A stretch of DNA of 64,000 nt from a bacterium (GCA_035307565.1 DATGHZ010000013.1:37294-101293), one strand, 5' to 3'; positions 24,488 to 34,733 are shown, counted from the stretch's first letter. The notes: generated by a model not told the origin, from the sequence alone. Translations and numbers: made by a program.

Positions 24488-25822
24488 ATGACGCTGGAGC
24501 ACTTGGCGAAAGCGGGCGCCGCACTGTCTGCGTCCATCACCTCCAAGACGGCGACCGTAGGGATCATCGGTCTCGGCTACGTCGGACTGCCGCTCGCGGT
24601 CGAATTCGCGCGCGCCGGCTTTCCGGTCGTCGGCATCGATGTCGACCGCACCCGCGTCCACGATCTCAACGCGGGCCGGTCCTATATTCCCGACGTCCCA
24701 ACTGAGACGGTAGCGGACCTGGTCGCACGGGGCCGGCTGCGGGCGGCGTTCGACTTCGACATCCTCCGCGAGATCGACGCGGTCATCATCTGCGTCCAAA
24801 CTCCGCTCACGTCGACGAAAGAACCCGATCTGACCTACGTCACCGCCTCGCTGCAGGAAGTGCGGCGGTATCTGCATCCGGGCCAGTTAGTCGTCCTGCA
24901 AAGCACGACCTATCCGGGCACAACCGAGGAAGTCGCCCTACCGCTTCTGGCCGGATCTGGTCTCACGGTCGGAAGAGACTTCTTTCTCGCCTTTTCGCCG
25001 GAGCGCGTGGACCCCGGCAACACGCGGTACGCCACGCGGGACATTCCGAAGGTGGTCGGTGGCATTACGCCGGTGTGCGGGCTCCTCGGTCAGGCGCTCC
25101 TCGAACATGTCGTTCCGAATGTGCACCGAGTGTCCTCCGCACGAGCCGCCGAAACCACCAAACTCCTTGAGAACGTCTATCGAAGCGTCAACATCGCGTT
25201 GGCCAACGAACTGGCGATACTGTGCCGGCGCATGGACGTCAATATCTGGGAAGTCATCGACGCGGCGGCGACCAAACCGTTCGGCTTCGCAGCGTTCTAC
25301 CCCGGACCCGGCGTGGGCGGTCACTGTATTCCGGTGGATCCGCACTACCTTACGTGGAAGGCACGAGCGTACGAATTCAACACCCGCCTGACCGCCGCCG
25401 CGACGGAAGTCAACGAAGAGATGCCGCGTCACGTTGCGGAGATGGTGCGGGACACCGTCAACATGCGGCTCCGGAAGAGCATCGCGGGCGCGCGCATTCT
25501 CGCGCTCGGCGTGGCCTATAAGACGGGCGTCCCGGACCCGCGGGAGTCGCCAGCCGTCAAGGTACTTGCGTTGCTGGCGAACTGGGGCGCGTCTGTTGCG
25601 TACCACGACGCGATGGTCCCCCGCGTGCTGGTGGACGGCCGCGAGTACGAATCTGTCCCCCTCAGCGCCGACGCGCTCAAGGGTGCCGACTGCGTCGTGA
25701 TTCTGACCGAGCACCGAGGGATCGACTACGGGTGGGTGGTCGAGCACGCGAAGTGCATCTTCGACACCCGCAACGCCACGCGGAGCGTCCCTGATCCCGA
25801 CCGTAAGGTTGCACGACTGTAG
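24488..25822 (+). CDS. UDP-N-acetyl-D-mannosamine/glucosamine dehydrogenase-like nucleotide-sugar dehydrogenase (WecC/Cap5O type)
   Basis: ORF 24284..25822 trimmed to ATG 24488. Contains VGIIGLGYVGLPLAVEFA, PERVDPGN, GGHCIPVDP (the catalytic Cys) and GVAYKTGVPDPRESPA. Confidence 0.85.
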   Translation: MTLEHLAKAGAALSASITSKTATVGIIGLGYVGLPLAVEFARAGFPVVGIDVDRTRVHDLNAGRSYIPDVPTETVADLVARGRLRAAFDFDILREIDAVIICVQTPLTSTKEPDLTYVTASLQEVRRYLHPGQLVVLQSTTYPGTTEEVALPLLAGSGLTVGRDFFLAFSPERVDPGNTRYATRDIPKVVGGITPVCGLLGQALLEHVVPNVHRVSSARAAETTKLLENVYRSVNIALANELAILCRRMDVNIWEVIDAAATKPFGFAAFYPGPGVGGHCIPVDPHYLTWKARAYEFNTRLTAAATEVNEEMPRHVAEMVRDTVNMRLRKSIAGARILALGVAYKTGVPDPRESPAVKVLALLANWGASVAYHDAMVPRVLVDGREYESVPLSADALKGADCVVILTEHRGIDYGWVVEHAKCIFDTRNATRSVPDPDRKVARL

Positions 25823-25837
25823 TTCCGGCGCCGGCCC

Positions 25838-27631
25838 GTGAGCGCGGCACGAATCATCGCCGAGCCGTTTGCGTATAGCCTAGTGGGCGCGGTCCTCTTG
25901 ACGGGTGGCCTGCGCGCTTTTCTCCTGTACGTCGGGCTGATCGATCGTCCCACCGCCGACCGCTGGCACCGGCGGCCCGTCGCGCGCCCCGGGGGCCCGG
26001 CCATCGTTGCCGTGGTGCTGGCAGGCATCGCGCTCTTCTTCCCCGGCCCCATGAGCGGCACGATGCGGGGATGGCTCGCCGGCGGCGTCTTCATTTTCAT
26101 CGTCGGCCTAGTCGACGATTTGACGGCCGGCCTGCAGAGCCCGCTCAAGCTGACGCTCCTGATCATCGGCGCGGCGATTCCCGTGTTGTTCGGCGTGACC
26201 GTGAAGGCACTGCCGCCCGTGCTCGGCACGCCGATTGCGATGTTGTGGATCCTCGGACTCACCAATGCCGTCAATTGGCTCGACAACATGGACGGCCTCG
26301 CCGCCGGCGTCAGCGCGATTGCGGCCGGCACCTTGGTGGTCCTGTCATTCGCTTTTCACGACGGGGCTACGGCGGTGACCGCGTCGCTCGTCGCAGGCGC
26401 CTGCGTCGGGTTCCTGTTCTTCAATTTCAGCCCGGCGAGCATTTTCATGGGCGATTCGGCGAGCGGATTTTTGGGGCTCACACTCGCCGTCCTAGCCCTC
26501 TCCGGTCCGGCCGGGCATGTGTCCGGGCTCTTCCTGGCGCTCGTCGTCCCCGTCCTGATTCTCAGTATTCCGATTTTCGATACCGCCGTGGTGACGATAT
26601 CACGGGTGTGGAGCGGACGGCCGCTATTTCAGGGCGGCACAGACCATCCCTCGCACCGCCTGGTAGTCCTTGGGCTGACCGAACGGCAGACCGTCCTGCT
26701 GCTGTGGGCCTTGAGCGCGTTGTCGGCTTCCGCCGCCGTGCTGGCGTCACGGCTCGGTCCGGCGGCCGGCCTCGTGTTTGCCGGCGTGTTCGTCTGCGTC
26801 TTTACCGCGCTGGGATTAACAGTGGCCAGGGTCCGCGTCTACGAGGTGGCGGCGCTCCCCCTCGGAACCGCCCGGGTCGTGTTGGCCCAGATGCTTCACA
26901 AGCGTTCGCTGCTCGCGATCGTGCTCGACTTCATTTTGATCTGCGTGGCTTACATCAGCGCGGCACTGCTGCGTTTCGAAGGGACCATCCCCGCCGCCTA
27001 CGTTCCGATTGTCGTCCAATCGCTGCCGGTCGTCCTCGCCGTCAAACTGACCCTGTTCTACCGTATGGGTCTGTACCGTACGAAGTGGCGCTACGTCGGC
27101 CTGCTCGATCTCCTCACATTCCTGCGTGCGTCGCTGCTAGCCTCGCTCGTTTGCGTCGGGGTGCTCTTTCTCGTCGCGGGGCTCAGAGGCTTTTCCCGCG
27201 CCGTCCTCGTGCTCGATTGGATCCTCACGTTCGGCCTGCTGGGCGGAATGCGGCTCTCGCTGCGAGTTCTCGAGGAGTACTTTATCAGTCTGCGAACACG
27301 GGGAAAGCGCGTTCTAATTTTCGGCGCCGGCCGGGGCGGCGTGCTTCTGCTTCACGAACTGCGGAGCAACCCGTCGCTCGCCTGCAGCCCAGTCGGCTTC
27401 GTGGACGATGATGCCTTCAAGCAGGGCGACATCGTACGGGGACTGCCAGTGCTCGGCACCGGCCGGGACATCCCCGCCCTGGCCGCTGAGCACCGGATCC
27501 AAGAGGTCCTGGTTGCGGTGCCGTCGCTGAGCACGGAGGCGGTCGACCGGATTGCCCTCATGTGCGGCGAGGCCGGGATCTCGTGGCGCGTCGTGCGTCC
27601 TCTGCTCGAACCGGCGCCGCAGGACGTATAA
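25838..27631 (+). CDS. Polyprenyl-phosphate HexNAc-1-phosphate transferase (MraY/WecA family) fused to extra TM helices and a CoA_binding_3-like Rossmann domain
   Basis: ORF 25838..27631 (GTG start). NAVNWLDNMDGLAAG and FFNFSPASIFMGDSASGFLG are PNPT motifs. The C-terminal RVLIFGAGRGG...PVGFVDDD...GLPVLGT...IQEVLVAVPS resembles the pre-catalytic domain of WbaP/CapD-type proteins. Confidence 0.8.
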   Translation: MSAARIIAEPFAYSLVGAVLLTGGLRAFLLYVGLIDRPTADRWHRRPVARPGGPAIVAVVLAGIALFFPGPMSGTMRGWLAGGVFIFIVGLVDDLTAGLQSPLKLTLLIIGAAIPVLFGVTVKALPPVLGTPIAMLWILGLTNAVNWLDNMDGLAAGVSAIAAGTLVVLSFAFHDGATAVTASLVAGACVGFLFFNFSPASIFMGDSASGFLGLTLAVLALSGPAGHVSGLFLALVVPVLILSIPIFDTAVVTISRVWSGRPLFQGGTDHPSHRLVVLGLTERQTVLLLWALSALSASAAVLASRLGPAAGLVFAGVFVCVFTALGLTVARVRVYEVAALPLGTARVVLAQMLHKRSLLAIVLDFILICVAYISAALLRFEGTIPAAYVPIVVQSLPVVLAVKLTLFYRMGLYRTKWRYVGLLDLLTFLRASLLASLVCVGVLFLVAGLRGFSRAVLVLDWILTFGLLGGMRLSLRVLEEYFISLRTRGKRVLIFGAGRGGVLLLHELRSNPSLACSPVGFVDDDAFKQGDIVRGLPVLGTGRDIPALAAEHRIQEVLVAVPSLSTEAVDRIALMCGEAGISWRVVRPLLEPAPQDV

Positions 27632-27640
27632 TGGCGCCAT

Positions 27641-29329
27641 GTGCGCCGGCGCGCGAGGCGTGAGCCCGGCCGGCCCGGTATGACGCGGCCGGACAACCAG
27701 TCTGCACCCTGGGAAGGCCGCCACCTTCCGGGCGCGGCGTACCGGTGGGGGGTCGTATGCGCGACGGTGCTGGGCGCCGTCCTTCGTGTCGCGCATATCG
27801 CCCGTCCATTCAATCGCCTCATGGCATGGAACGAAGGACACTATGCGATGACGGCGCTTAATTTCGACCGGTACGGGCTTTGGGCGCCGCACAACGAACT
27901 CGGCTTGGACCGCACGTTTTCGCCGGCGGGGCCGTGGCTCATGTGGGCGTCCATGAAGCTGTTTGGGACCTCGGAGGCCGCGGCGCGGCTGCCGATTGTG
28001 CTTGCCGGGATCGCGACGATTCCTCTCGTCGCGGCCCTCGCCCGGCGCCTCGCGCGCAGTGAGCAGATCGCCCTGACGGCGGCCGCGTTCGTCGCTGTCG
28101 CGCCGGGACTCGTCTACTTCTCACAAAACGTGCAGCTGGACACACTCAGCATTTGCTGGGCGCTGGCGGCGGCCGTCTTCATGCTGCGGTACCGCGATAT
28201 CGCGCATCGTTGGGATGAGGTGTGGGCCGGTGTGTGCCTGGCGACGGCGGTGTGGTTCAAGTTTACGACCCTGCTCCTTTACCCGGCGTTTCTCGTCCTG
28301 TGGTGGCCGACCCGCCCCGCGCGGACGGCCGTAGCGGCGCTTGCGGCGGGGGCCTTCGCCGCGGTGACGGCACTCCCCAGTCTCCTCTGGGTTGCGGCGG
28401 GCTGGCTGACGTTTCGGACTTCGTCGGGATTTACGAAGCGTTTTTTCTTCCGCGACTGGGACCTCCGCGGCATCGCGAAGGCATTGTCCGAGATCCCGCT
28501 CGCCGTGGAGGCGCATCTTTTCATTGTGATCTTTCTGCTGCTGCTCTTCGGGATCGCGGCCGCGGTGCGCTGGCCCGCAAGGTTCCGCGCGGTGTGGGTA
28601 TGGTGCGCGCCGTGGATCGTGCTGTACATCTTCGCGCCGTGGGACAGCCTGGTGAATCGCTACTATGATCTTCCGGCCACGTATCTTCTCACCATTGTGG
28701 CCGCCGCGGGCTTGTGGACGTGGACCGTGCGCAGGCATCGGGACGCGGCGGTCACGGGGAGTGCTCGACCGCACGCACCGGGCGCAGCCGATCCGGTGGA
28801 CCGAGAACGGCCCGGCCCGGAGTTGCCGCGCGCCCTGCTCGCGGGCCTCGTGGTCGTCGTCGGACTGACCGCCGCCTACGACGCGTGGGACCCGATGACC
28901 GACCGGATCGCGCGGGCCTCGATGGCCCACGTACCGCCGATCGATCCGTCCCCCTTCTACTCCGCGAAGATCGTGGCCGCGCTTCCGCGCGGCAGGACGA
29001 TCGCGGATACGCCGCAGACGATGTTCTATGCGGGAGGCGACCCCGCGTGGATCGACATCACGGGCGGCGATGTGCGGTGGAAGATCGACGCCGAAGAGTT
29101 CGACTACGTCATTCTCAACGACTACGGACACGGGCAGGAGCCGTATTATGTCATCGACGCGACCCTTCGCGCGCAGTTGGCCCGGCATCACTACGTTCAA
29201 ATTGCGCCCACCGCGTGGGCGCATGTGCGGACCCGCATCGCCGATCTGGGCGGCTACCGCGATTCCGGCGTCCCGTACTGGTCGCCGGCTGGGGCCGGCC
29301 GGCGTGTCGCGATGACCGCGTGGCGCTGA
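27641..29329 (+). CDS. GT-C fold glycosyltransferase (PMT_2 / ArnT-like, family 39/83-like)
   Basis: ORF 27641..29329. WNEGHYAMTALNF...LPIVLAGIATIPLV is followed by many TM segments, as in ArnT/PMT enzymes that use polyprenyl-P-sugar donors. The start is uncertain (GTG 27641 or ATG 27680). Confidence 0.75.
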   Translation: MRRRARREPGRPGMTRPDNQSAPWEGRHLPGAAYRWGVVCATVLGAVLRVAHIARPFNRLMAWNEGHYAMTALNFDRYGLWAPHNELGLDRTFSPAGPWLMWASMKLFGTSEAAARLPIVLAGIATIPLVAALARRLARSEQIALTAAAFVAVAPGLVYFSQNVQLDTLSICWALAAAVFMLRYRDIAHRWDEVWAGVCLATAVWFKFTTLLLYPAFLVLWWPTRPARTAVAALAAGAFAAVTALPSLLWVAAGWLTFRTSSGFTKRFFFRDWDLRGIAKALSEIPLAVEAHLFIVIFLLLLFGIAAAVRWPARFRAVWVWCAPWIVLYIFAPWDSLVNRYYDLPATYLLTIVAAAGLWTWTVRRHRDAAVTGSARPHAPGAADPVDRERPGPELPRALLAGLVVVVGLTAAYDAWDPMTDRIARASMAHVPPIDPSPFYSAKIVAALPRGRTIADTPQTMFYAGGDPAWIDITGGDVRWKIDAEEFDYVILNDYGHGQEPYYVIDATLRAQLARHHYVQIAPTAWAHVRTRIADLGGYRDSGVPYWSPAGAGRRVAMTAWR

Positions 29330-30477
29330 GCCGGCCGCTGCGCGTGGTCGTCAACGCGGCGGCGGCGCGCATGGGAGGGGCGGCCACGCACCTGCCCAAC
29401 TTTCTCGCGACGGCCGGACGGCGCTATCCCGACGACAGCTTCGTGTGCTGCGTCAACGCGGACGCGCAGCTGCCGCCGCTCGCGCCGAACATCCGCGTGC
29501 TGAGAACCGGGACGCTGCGCAACCGCCTCGCCCACGCCGCCTGGGATCAGTGGGGCGTCGCGCGGGTCGCGGTACGGGAACAGGCGGATGCGCTCCTGTC
29601 CCTGCTGAACTTCGGGCCGGTACGGTCCCCCGTGCCCCACGTGGTGCTGGAGCGCAATCCGGTGTACTTCTGTCCCTTCTATCTAGCGTCGCTCGGCCGC
29701 GCCCGCTCCCTCGAGGTGGCCGCGACACGGGCGGTGGCCCACGCCGTCATGCGCGGCGCGACGCGCGTGATCACCCCATCCGCGGCCATGCGCGAGATGA
29801 TCCGCGCGTGCTATCCCGGTCTCGCCCCCGCGAAGTTCTGTGTGGTTCCGCACGGCTTCGGCGACGCGGCGTTCCCGCGCGCGGTGTCGCTTCCGGTCGG
29901 CGCGGCCGCCCGCATGGCAGGTTCAACGGGCACGCGCCTGCTGTATGTGACCCATGCCGCGTCTTACAAAGGGGTCGACCTGCTGCTCGAGGCGAGCCGC
30001 GTGCTGCGGGACGACGGGTTGCTAACGGCCACCACGTGGATCACGGTGGCGCGCGAAGATTGGCCGGCGGGGTTCGCCGCCTACGCCGCGTTCATCGAAC
30101 GGCACTACCTGCGGACACAGGTCCGGCTCCTCGGACGCGTCCCGCACGACGCGGTGCATCTTGTCTACGCCGCCGCGGACCTGTTCGTCTATCCGAGCCT
30201 CTGCGAATCGTTCGGCTTTCCATTGGTTGAAGCCATGGCCGCCGGCCTGCCCGTCGTCGCGGCGGATCTCCCCCTCAATCGCGAGATGTGCGGCGGGGCG
30301 GCCGTCTACTACGCGCCCCGTGATGCCGGTGCGCTGGCCCGGGAGGTCGCCCGTGTAGCCGGCGATGCGGCGCTCCGCGCGCGGCTCGGTGAAGCCGGCC
30401 GGATTCGCGCCGGGCAGTTTTCCTGGGATGATCACGTCGATGCCGTGATGGCGGTCGTCCGGAAGGCCGCGGCCTAA
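29320..30477 (+). CDS. Glycosyltransferase family 4
   Basis: C-terminal 385 aa of ORF 28714..30477. LRVVVNAAAARMGGAATHL lies at the N-terminus, and PSLCESFGFPLVEAMAAGLPVVAADLPLNREM is the GT4 EX7E region. GTG 29320 overlaps the upstream gene by 10 nt. Confidence 0.8.
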   Translation: MALSRPLRVVVNAAAARMGGAATHLPNFLATAGRRYPDDSFVCCVNADAQLPPLAPNIRVLRTGTLRNRLAHAAWDQWGVARVAVREQADALLSLLNFGPVRSPVPHVVLERNPVYFCPFYLASLGRARSLEVAATRAVAHAVMRGATRVITPSAAMREMIRACYPGLAPAKFCVVPHGFGDAAFPRAVSLPVGAAARMAGSTGTRLLYVTHAASYKGVDLLLEASRVLRDDGLLTATTWITVAREDWPAGFAAYAAFIERHYLRTQVRLLGRVPHDAVHLVYAAADLFVYPSLCESFGFPLVEAMAAGLPVVAADLPLNREMCGGAAVYYAPRDAGALAREVARVAGDAALRARLGEAGRIRAGQFSWDDHVDAVMAVVRKAAA

Positions 30478-30524
30478 GCGCGCCGAGGTAGGGGCCGGCG
30501 GACGCGAGGACAAACTTCTTTCCC

Positions 30525-31898
30525 ATGCAACCGCCCGCCCAGATCTTCCGCGAGTACGATATTCGCGGCGTCGTCGGCCGCGATCTGGACGCCGACGCCG
30601 CCGGGATGATCGCCCGCGCCTTCGGCGTCTACCTGCGCCGCGCCGGAGTCCGGCGTGCCGTGATCGGCCACGACAACCGCGTCAGTTCCGTGGAATTGTA
30701 CACGGCGGCGACTCGGGGGCTCACCGCGGCGGGATGCGACGTGATCGGCATCGGCCTCGCGATCACCCCGATGCTGTACTTCGCGGTGCACCACTTCGAG
30801 GTCCCGGGCGGCATGATGGTCACGGCCAGCCACAACCCCCCCGAGTTTAACGGCTTCAAGCTCTGCCTCGGTCCCGGCACGCTGTTCGGGGCGCAGATCC
30901 AAGACGTCCGGATGCTGACACAGGCCGCGACCGAAGCGGCAACACCCGGCACCACGGAGGACCGCGCCGTCTTTCCGGCGTACCGGCAGGCGCTCGTTGA
31001 ACGGATCCGCCTGGGCCCGAAGCGTCTCCGCGTCGCGCTCGACTGCGGCAACGGCACCGCGGGGGCGTTCGCACCCGAGATCTTCAGGGCGTGGGGATGT
31101 GACGTGCTGCCGCTGTACTGCGATCTCGATCCCTCATTTCCTCACCACCATCCCGACCCGGTCGCGCCCGAGAATCTCACGGATTTGATCCGGCTGGTGC
31201 GGGACAGCGGCGCTGATGTCGGCATCGGCCTCGACGGCGACGGCGACCGCATCGGGGTTGTGGACGATCGCGGCGCGATTCTGTGGGGCGACCTTCTCAT
31301 GGCGCTGTTCTGGCGCGAAGTGCTGGCGGCGCATCCCGGCGCCTTGGCGCTCGTGGAAGTGAAGTGCTCCCAGGCCCTGATCGACGAGATTCGCCGTCTC
31401 GGCGGGCGCCCGGAGTTCACGCGCACGGGACACTCGCTGATAAAAGCCCGCATGCGCGAGACCGGAGCCGTGTTCGCGGGCGAGATGTCGGGACACATGT
31501 TTTTCGCGGACGAGTACTACGGCTTCGATGACGCCGTCTACGCGGCCGGCCGCCTGCTGCGAATGCTCGCGCGCACCGGCACCCCACTCTCCGCTCTGAC
31601 CGCGGAGATTCCGCGATACCATGCCACGCCCGAGATCCGTGTCGCCTGTCCGGACGACCGGAAGTTTCAGGTGGTCGAGGCGCTCACTCGCGAATTTCGC
31701 GCCAAATATCAGGTGATCGATGTGGACGGCGCCCGCGTCGTGTTTCCCGACGGCTGGGCGCTCGTGCGCGCCAGCAACACCCAACCGGTGCTGGTGGTGC
31801 GCGCGGAAGGCACCACGCCCGAGGCGCTCGAGCGCGCCAAGGGCATCCTCGAAGACGCCCTCCGCCGGCAGACCGACGTCGCCCCGGTCTCGTGGTAG
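30525..31898 (+). CDS. Phosphomannomutase/phosphoglucomutase (alpha-D-phosphohexomutase)
   Basis: ORF 30525..31898. Contains FREYDIRG, the TASHNPPEFNGFK active-site Ser loop, the GLDGDGDR metal loop and GEMSGH. Confidence 0.9.
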   Translation: MQPPAQIFREYDIRGVVGRDLDADAAGMIARAFGVYLRRAGVRRAVIGHDNRVSSVELYTAATRGLTAAGCDVIGIGLAITPMLYFAVHHFEVPGGMMVTASHNPPEFNGFKLCLGPGTLFGAQIQDVRMLTQAATEAATPGTTEDRAVFPAYRQALVERIRLGPKRLRVALDCGNGTAGAFAPEIFRAWGCDVLPLYCDLDPSFPHHHPDPVAPENLTDLIRLVRDSGADVGIGLDGDGDRIGVVDDRGAILWGDLLMALFWREVLAAHPGALALVEVKCSQALIDEIRRLGGRPEFTRTGHSLIKARMRETGAVFAGEMSGHMFFADEYYGFDDAVYAAGRLLRMLARTGTPLSALTAEIPRYHATPEIRVACPDDRKFQVVEALTREFRAKYQVIDVDGARVVFPDGWALVRASNTQPVLVVRAEGTTPEALERAKGILEDALRRQTDVAPVSW

Positions 31899-33433
31899 GC
31901 CCCGGACCGCTGTTTCGCGGCGCGGCCGCCGCCGCGGCGTGTCTGGTCCTGGCCGCCTCGCTGGCCCATCCCGCGCTGGCCCAAGCCGTCCTGGCGCCGG
32001 ATCAGGGGCCGGTCACGCTCACCGCGGATCACATCGAATACGACCAGCAGACCGGCAACGTGGTCGCGGACGGCCACGTCAAAGCGACACGGGGCGACAC
32101 GACCATCACGGCCGACCACCTTGACGGCAACCTCAAGTCGGGTGACGTGGAAGCCACCGGCCATGTGACGCTGACGCAGCCCGGCAAAACGGTGACCGGG
32201 GAATCGCTCCGGTACAACTACCTCACGCGCATCGGCGCGATGTCACAGGCCACGGCGAAAACTGCGCCCTGGACCGTGACCGGCCACACCATCACCACCT
32301 CCGCCGGCCAAAGCGTGGCGCTCGCGGCATCCGCGACCCCCTGCGACCCGGCCCACCCGGCGTTCCGGGTGACGGCGCGGAAAGTGGTCGTCGTCCCCGG
32401 CGATCACATGACGGCGTACGATGCGACGCTGTATATCTACGGCGTCCCGATCGTCACCCTCCCCGCCTACACGACGTCCCTCAAACCCGGCCGCAAGGCG
32501 TCGAGCGCCCCCACGGTCGGCTACGACAACTTCAACGGCGTCTGGGCGGAGTACACGCAGTACATTCCCCTCGGGGATTGGCAAAGCCAGATCCGGGCCC
32601 GCTTCGGGACACGATCCGGTCTGTCGGGCGAGGCGATCTTTGACCGGCGCTTTCCCGAGTATCTGATCGACGTCCATCTTGGACGCGCGCTGACCTTCGA
32701 TCAAAACGGCAACGAGTTCAACCTCGACCAGGACACCGTGGAACTGGATTTCAACGGCCATCGGATCGGCCAGCTGCCGCTCGTGTATTCCGCCTCGGTC
32801 CAGGCGGGGAAGTTTGCGGAGAGCGAAACCGTGGTCAGCGCCTTCCGGACGGAAGGGCTCCTCACGCTCGGGACCGACACGATGCACCTCGGTCCGTCGC
32901 TGACGGTGTCCGCGGGCGGCTACTACCGTTACGACGCCTACAGCATGGGCGGCGTGCGCAATATCATCGCGACGAGCGCGGCGATGACGGAGGTGATCAA
33001 TGCCACGAGTTCCACGACGCTCTCATACAACTTCGCGACCGTAAACGGAACGACGCCGTTCGCGTTCGACGCCGTCGCCAACGACAGCGCGATCTCGCTG
33101 AGTTACAGTTATTACCCCAGCCGCGGATTCTTTCAGAACGGGACGATCAGCGAAACGTACGATTTCGTGACGCAGCAGACGACGGCGGCCCTCATCCTCG
33201 GTTTTTCGATCAGCCCGACGCTGCAGTTCGGCGCCAGCGTGCAGTACAATACAACGCTCCAGCAGTTGAGCGAGATCGACTACGACGTGAACGCCACGTG
33301 CGATTGCGTGGCCCTGAGCTTGGTGTACCGGACGTTCCCCGCGACCCCCTCGCTGAACCAATGGTTCATCACGCTGGGCATCAGCACGATTCCCGGCATC
33401 GCGACGACGATCAAGGTTGGAGGGCCGCCGTAG
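31892..33433 (+). CDS. OstA/LptD-like outer-membrane protein (short, 513 aa)
   Basis: ORF 31892..33433. It has a signal peptide ending ALAQA. The N-terminal LTADHIEYDQQTGNVVADGHVKATRGDTTITADHLDGNL... is the OstA/LptA beta-jellyroll repeat pattern. The rest is rich in alternating beta-strand-like segments. Confidence 0.6.
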   Translation: MVGPGPLFRGAAAAAACLVLAASLAHPALAQAVLAPDQGPVTLTADHIEYDQQTGNVVADGHVKATRGDTTITADHLDGNLKSGDVEATGHVTLTQPGKTVTGESLRYNYLTRIGAMSQATAKTAPWTVTGHTITTSAGQSVALAASATPCDPAHPAFRVTARKVVVVPGDHMTAYDATLYIYGVPIVTLPAYTTSLKPGRKASSAPTVGYDNFNGVWAEYTQYIPLGDWQSQIRARFGTRSGLSGEAIFDRRFPEYLIDVHLGRALTFDQNGNEFNLDQDTVELDFNGHRIGQLPLVYSASVQAGKFAESETVVSAFRTEGLLTLGTDTMHLGPSLTVSAGGYYRYDAYSMGGVRNIIATSAAMTEVINATSSTTLSYNFATVNGTTPFAFDAVANDSAISLSYSYYPSRGFFQNGTISETYDFVTQQTTAALILGFSISPTLQFGASVQYNTTLQQLSEIDYDVNATCDCVALSLVYRTFPATPSLNQWFITLGISTIPGIATTIKVGGPP

Positions 33434-33584
33434 CGCACTCCGGACTGTAAAGTCGAAGCGTGGGGGAGGGTTCAGGTTCGGCAAGAGGAAATCTCGTGTG
33501 GAATTTCTTGCAGAGTGCGCGACCGGCGCTACGCACCTATGCCTGCGTTAACCATCCGCTACCGACCACCGCTGGAGGAAAGCC

Positions 33585-34715
33585 GTGAACCGCATCAAGA
33601 TGTCCATCGGCCGATGGACGAGCCTCATGATCGTGATCCTGCTGGCATGGAACACCGCGCTGACCGTCGCGCTGGTCCGGCGGAACGCCGCGCCGGTGTC
33701 CGCGTCCCCGCCTCGGCCCGGATCGCTCGTCGACCTGGGCCGGCTCTGGCGATTCGAACCATTGAGCTTCAACAACGGCGGTCCAACCAACGATGTGCTC
33801 ATGTGGGGCTACAACATCGGCGCCCGCGGTGACCGCCAAGATCACGCCTACCCCCAGTTCCGCCAGTCCTTCGAGCAGCACTACGAAGATGCCGAAGGCT
33901 ATGCCTTCACCGAATGGAACCTCGACTTCTCGTCCGCGAACGGCGGGACGCGCCGGCGCCCCGCGGCCGTCGCCGTCCAGCTGCCGTCGTTCCACGCCGG
34001 CCTCACGAACGTCCATCTCAACACCGCCAATTGGGTCAGCCTGTCCTTCGCGGCGGATGACGAAGAATTTCGCAACGCGGACCGCACGCGCCAGCGGCTC
34101 GTAATCAGCGACGCGGGCATCGGCGTCGGGGCAAGCCCCGGAACGGGGGGCGCCGAAACGAAGGTGATGGCGTATCGAGACCGCGACGCGAATGCGATGT
34201 TCGAGCTGCGCACGGGCCTGCCGGGCGAGAAGGTATGGCAGTGGCGCTATGGCACCGCGTTGGGAGCGCCGCCGGGGTCGGTCGCCTTCTATGACTCGAC
34301 CGATCACGTGGTCGGTCCGGTGGTGCTGAGCGACGGGGCCGTCGAGACAGGCGCCACGGACCGTTTTCGCTACCGGCAGCCGCTGCTGCGCGTCTCCCAG
34401 CGTGCGCGGCAGGTGGTTCTTCCGGACATCGAAACGATCGTCCGATTCAGCGGATCCACGCGGTCGCTGGCCGCGCCGGCCGCGGGGAACTACGCGGTAG
34501 TGGGCGGCGTCGCGTCAGCCGACGGCCATCCAATGGTCGCGCAAATCCGAATCGATGGGACCATCGTCGCGACGGGAAAGGGCACGGTCTTTGGCGTCTA
34601 CCGCCTCGCGCCCGGCGAGACCGTGACGCTCGACACGCGGCAGACGTCCACCGCCATCCGCGAGACAAGCGGCGACGATCAGACGTTTCTGTCGTTGGTC
34701 TATGTGGGGGAGTAG
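33585..34715 (+). CDS. Hypothetical N-terminally anchored exported protein
   Basis: ORF 33585..34715. GGAGGA lies 6 nt upstream of GTG 33585. It has one N-terminal TM/signal-anchor (WTSLMIVILLAWNTALTVALV). I recognise no family. The overlapping antisense ORF 33537..34307 is Arg/Gly-rich junk. Confidence 0.6.
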   Translation: MNRIKMSIGRWTSLMIVILLAWNTALTVALVRRNAAPVSASPPRPGSLVDLGRLWRFEPLSFNNGGPTNDVLMWGYNIGARGDRQDHAYPQFRQSFEQHYEDAEGYAFTEWNLDFSSANGGTRRRPAAVAVQLPSFHAGLTNVHLNTANWVSLSFAADDEEFRNADRTRQRLVISDAGIGVGASPGTGGAETKVMAYRDRDANAMFELRTGLPGEKVWQWRYGTALGAPPGSVAFYDSTDHVVGPVVLSDGAVETGATDRFRYRQPLLRVSQRARQVVLPDIETIVRFSGSTRSLAAPAAGNYAVVGGVASADGHPMVAQIRIDGTIVATGKGTVFGVYRLAPGETVTLDTRQTSTAIRETSGDDQTFLSLVYVGE

Positions 34716-34733
34716 CGACGGGCGCGGGCCCGC

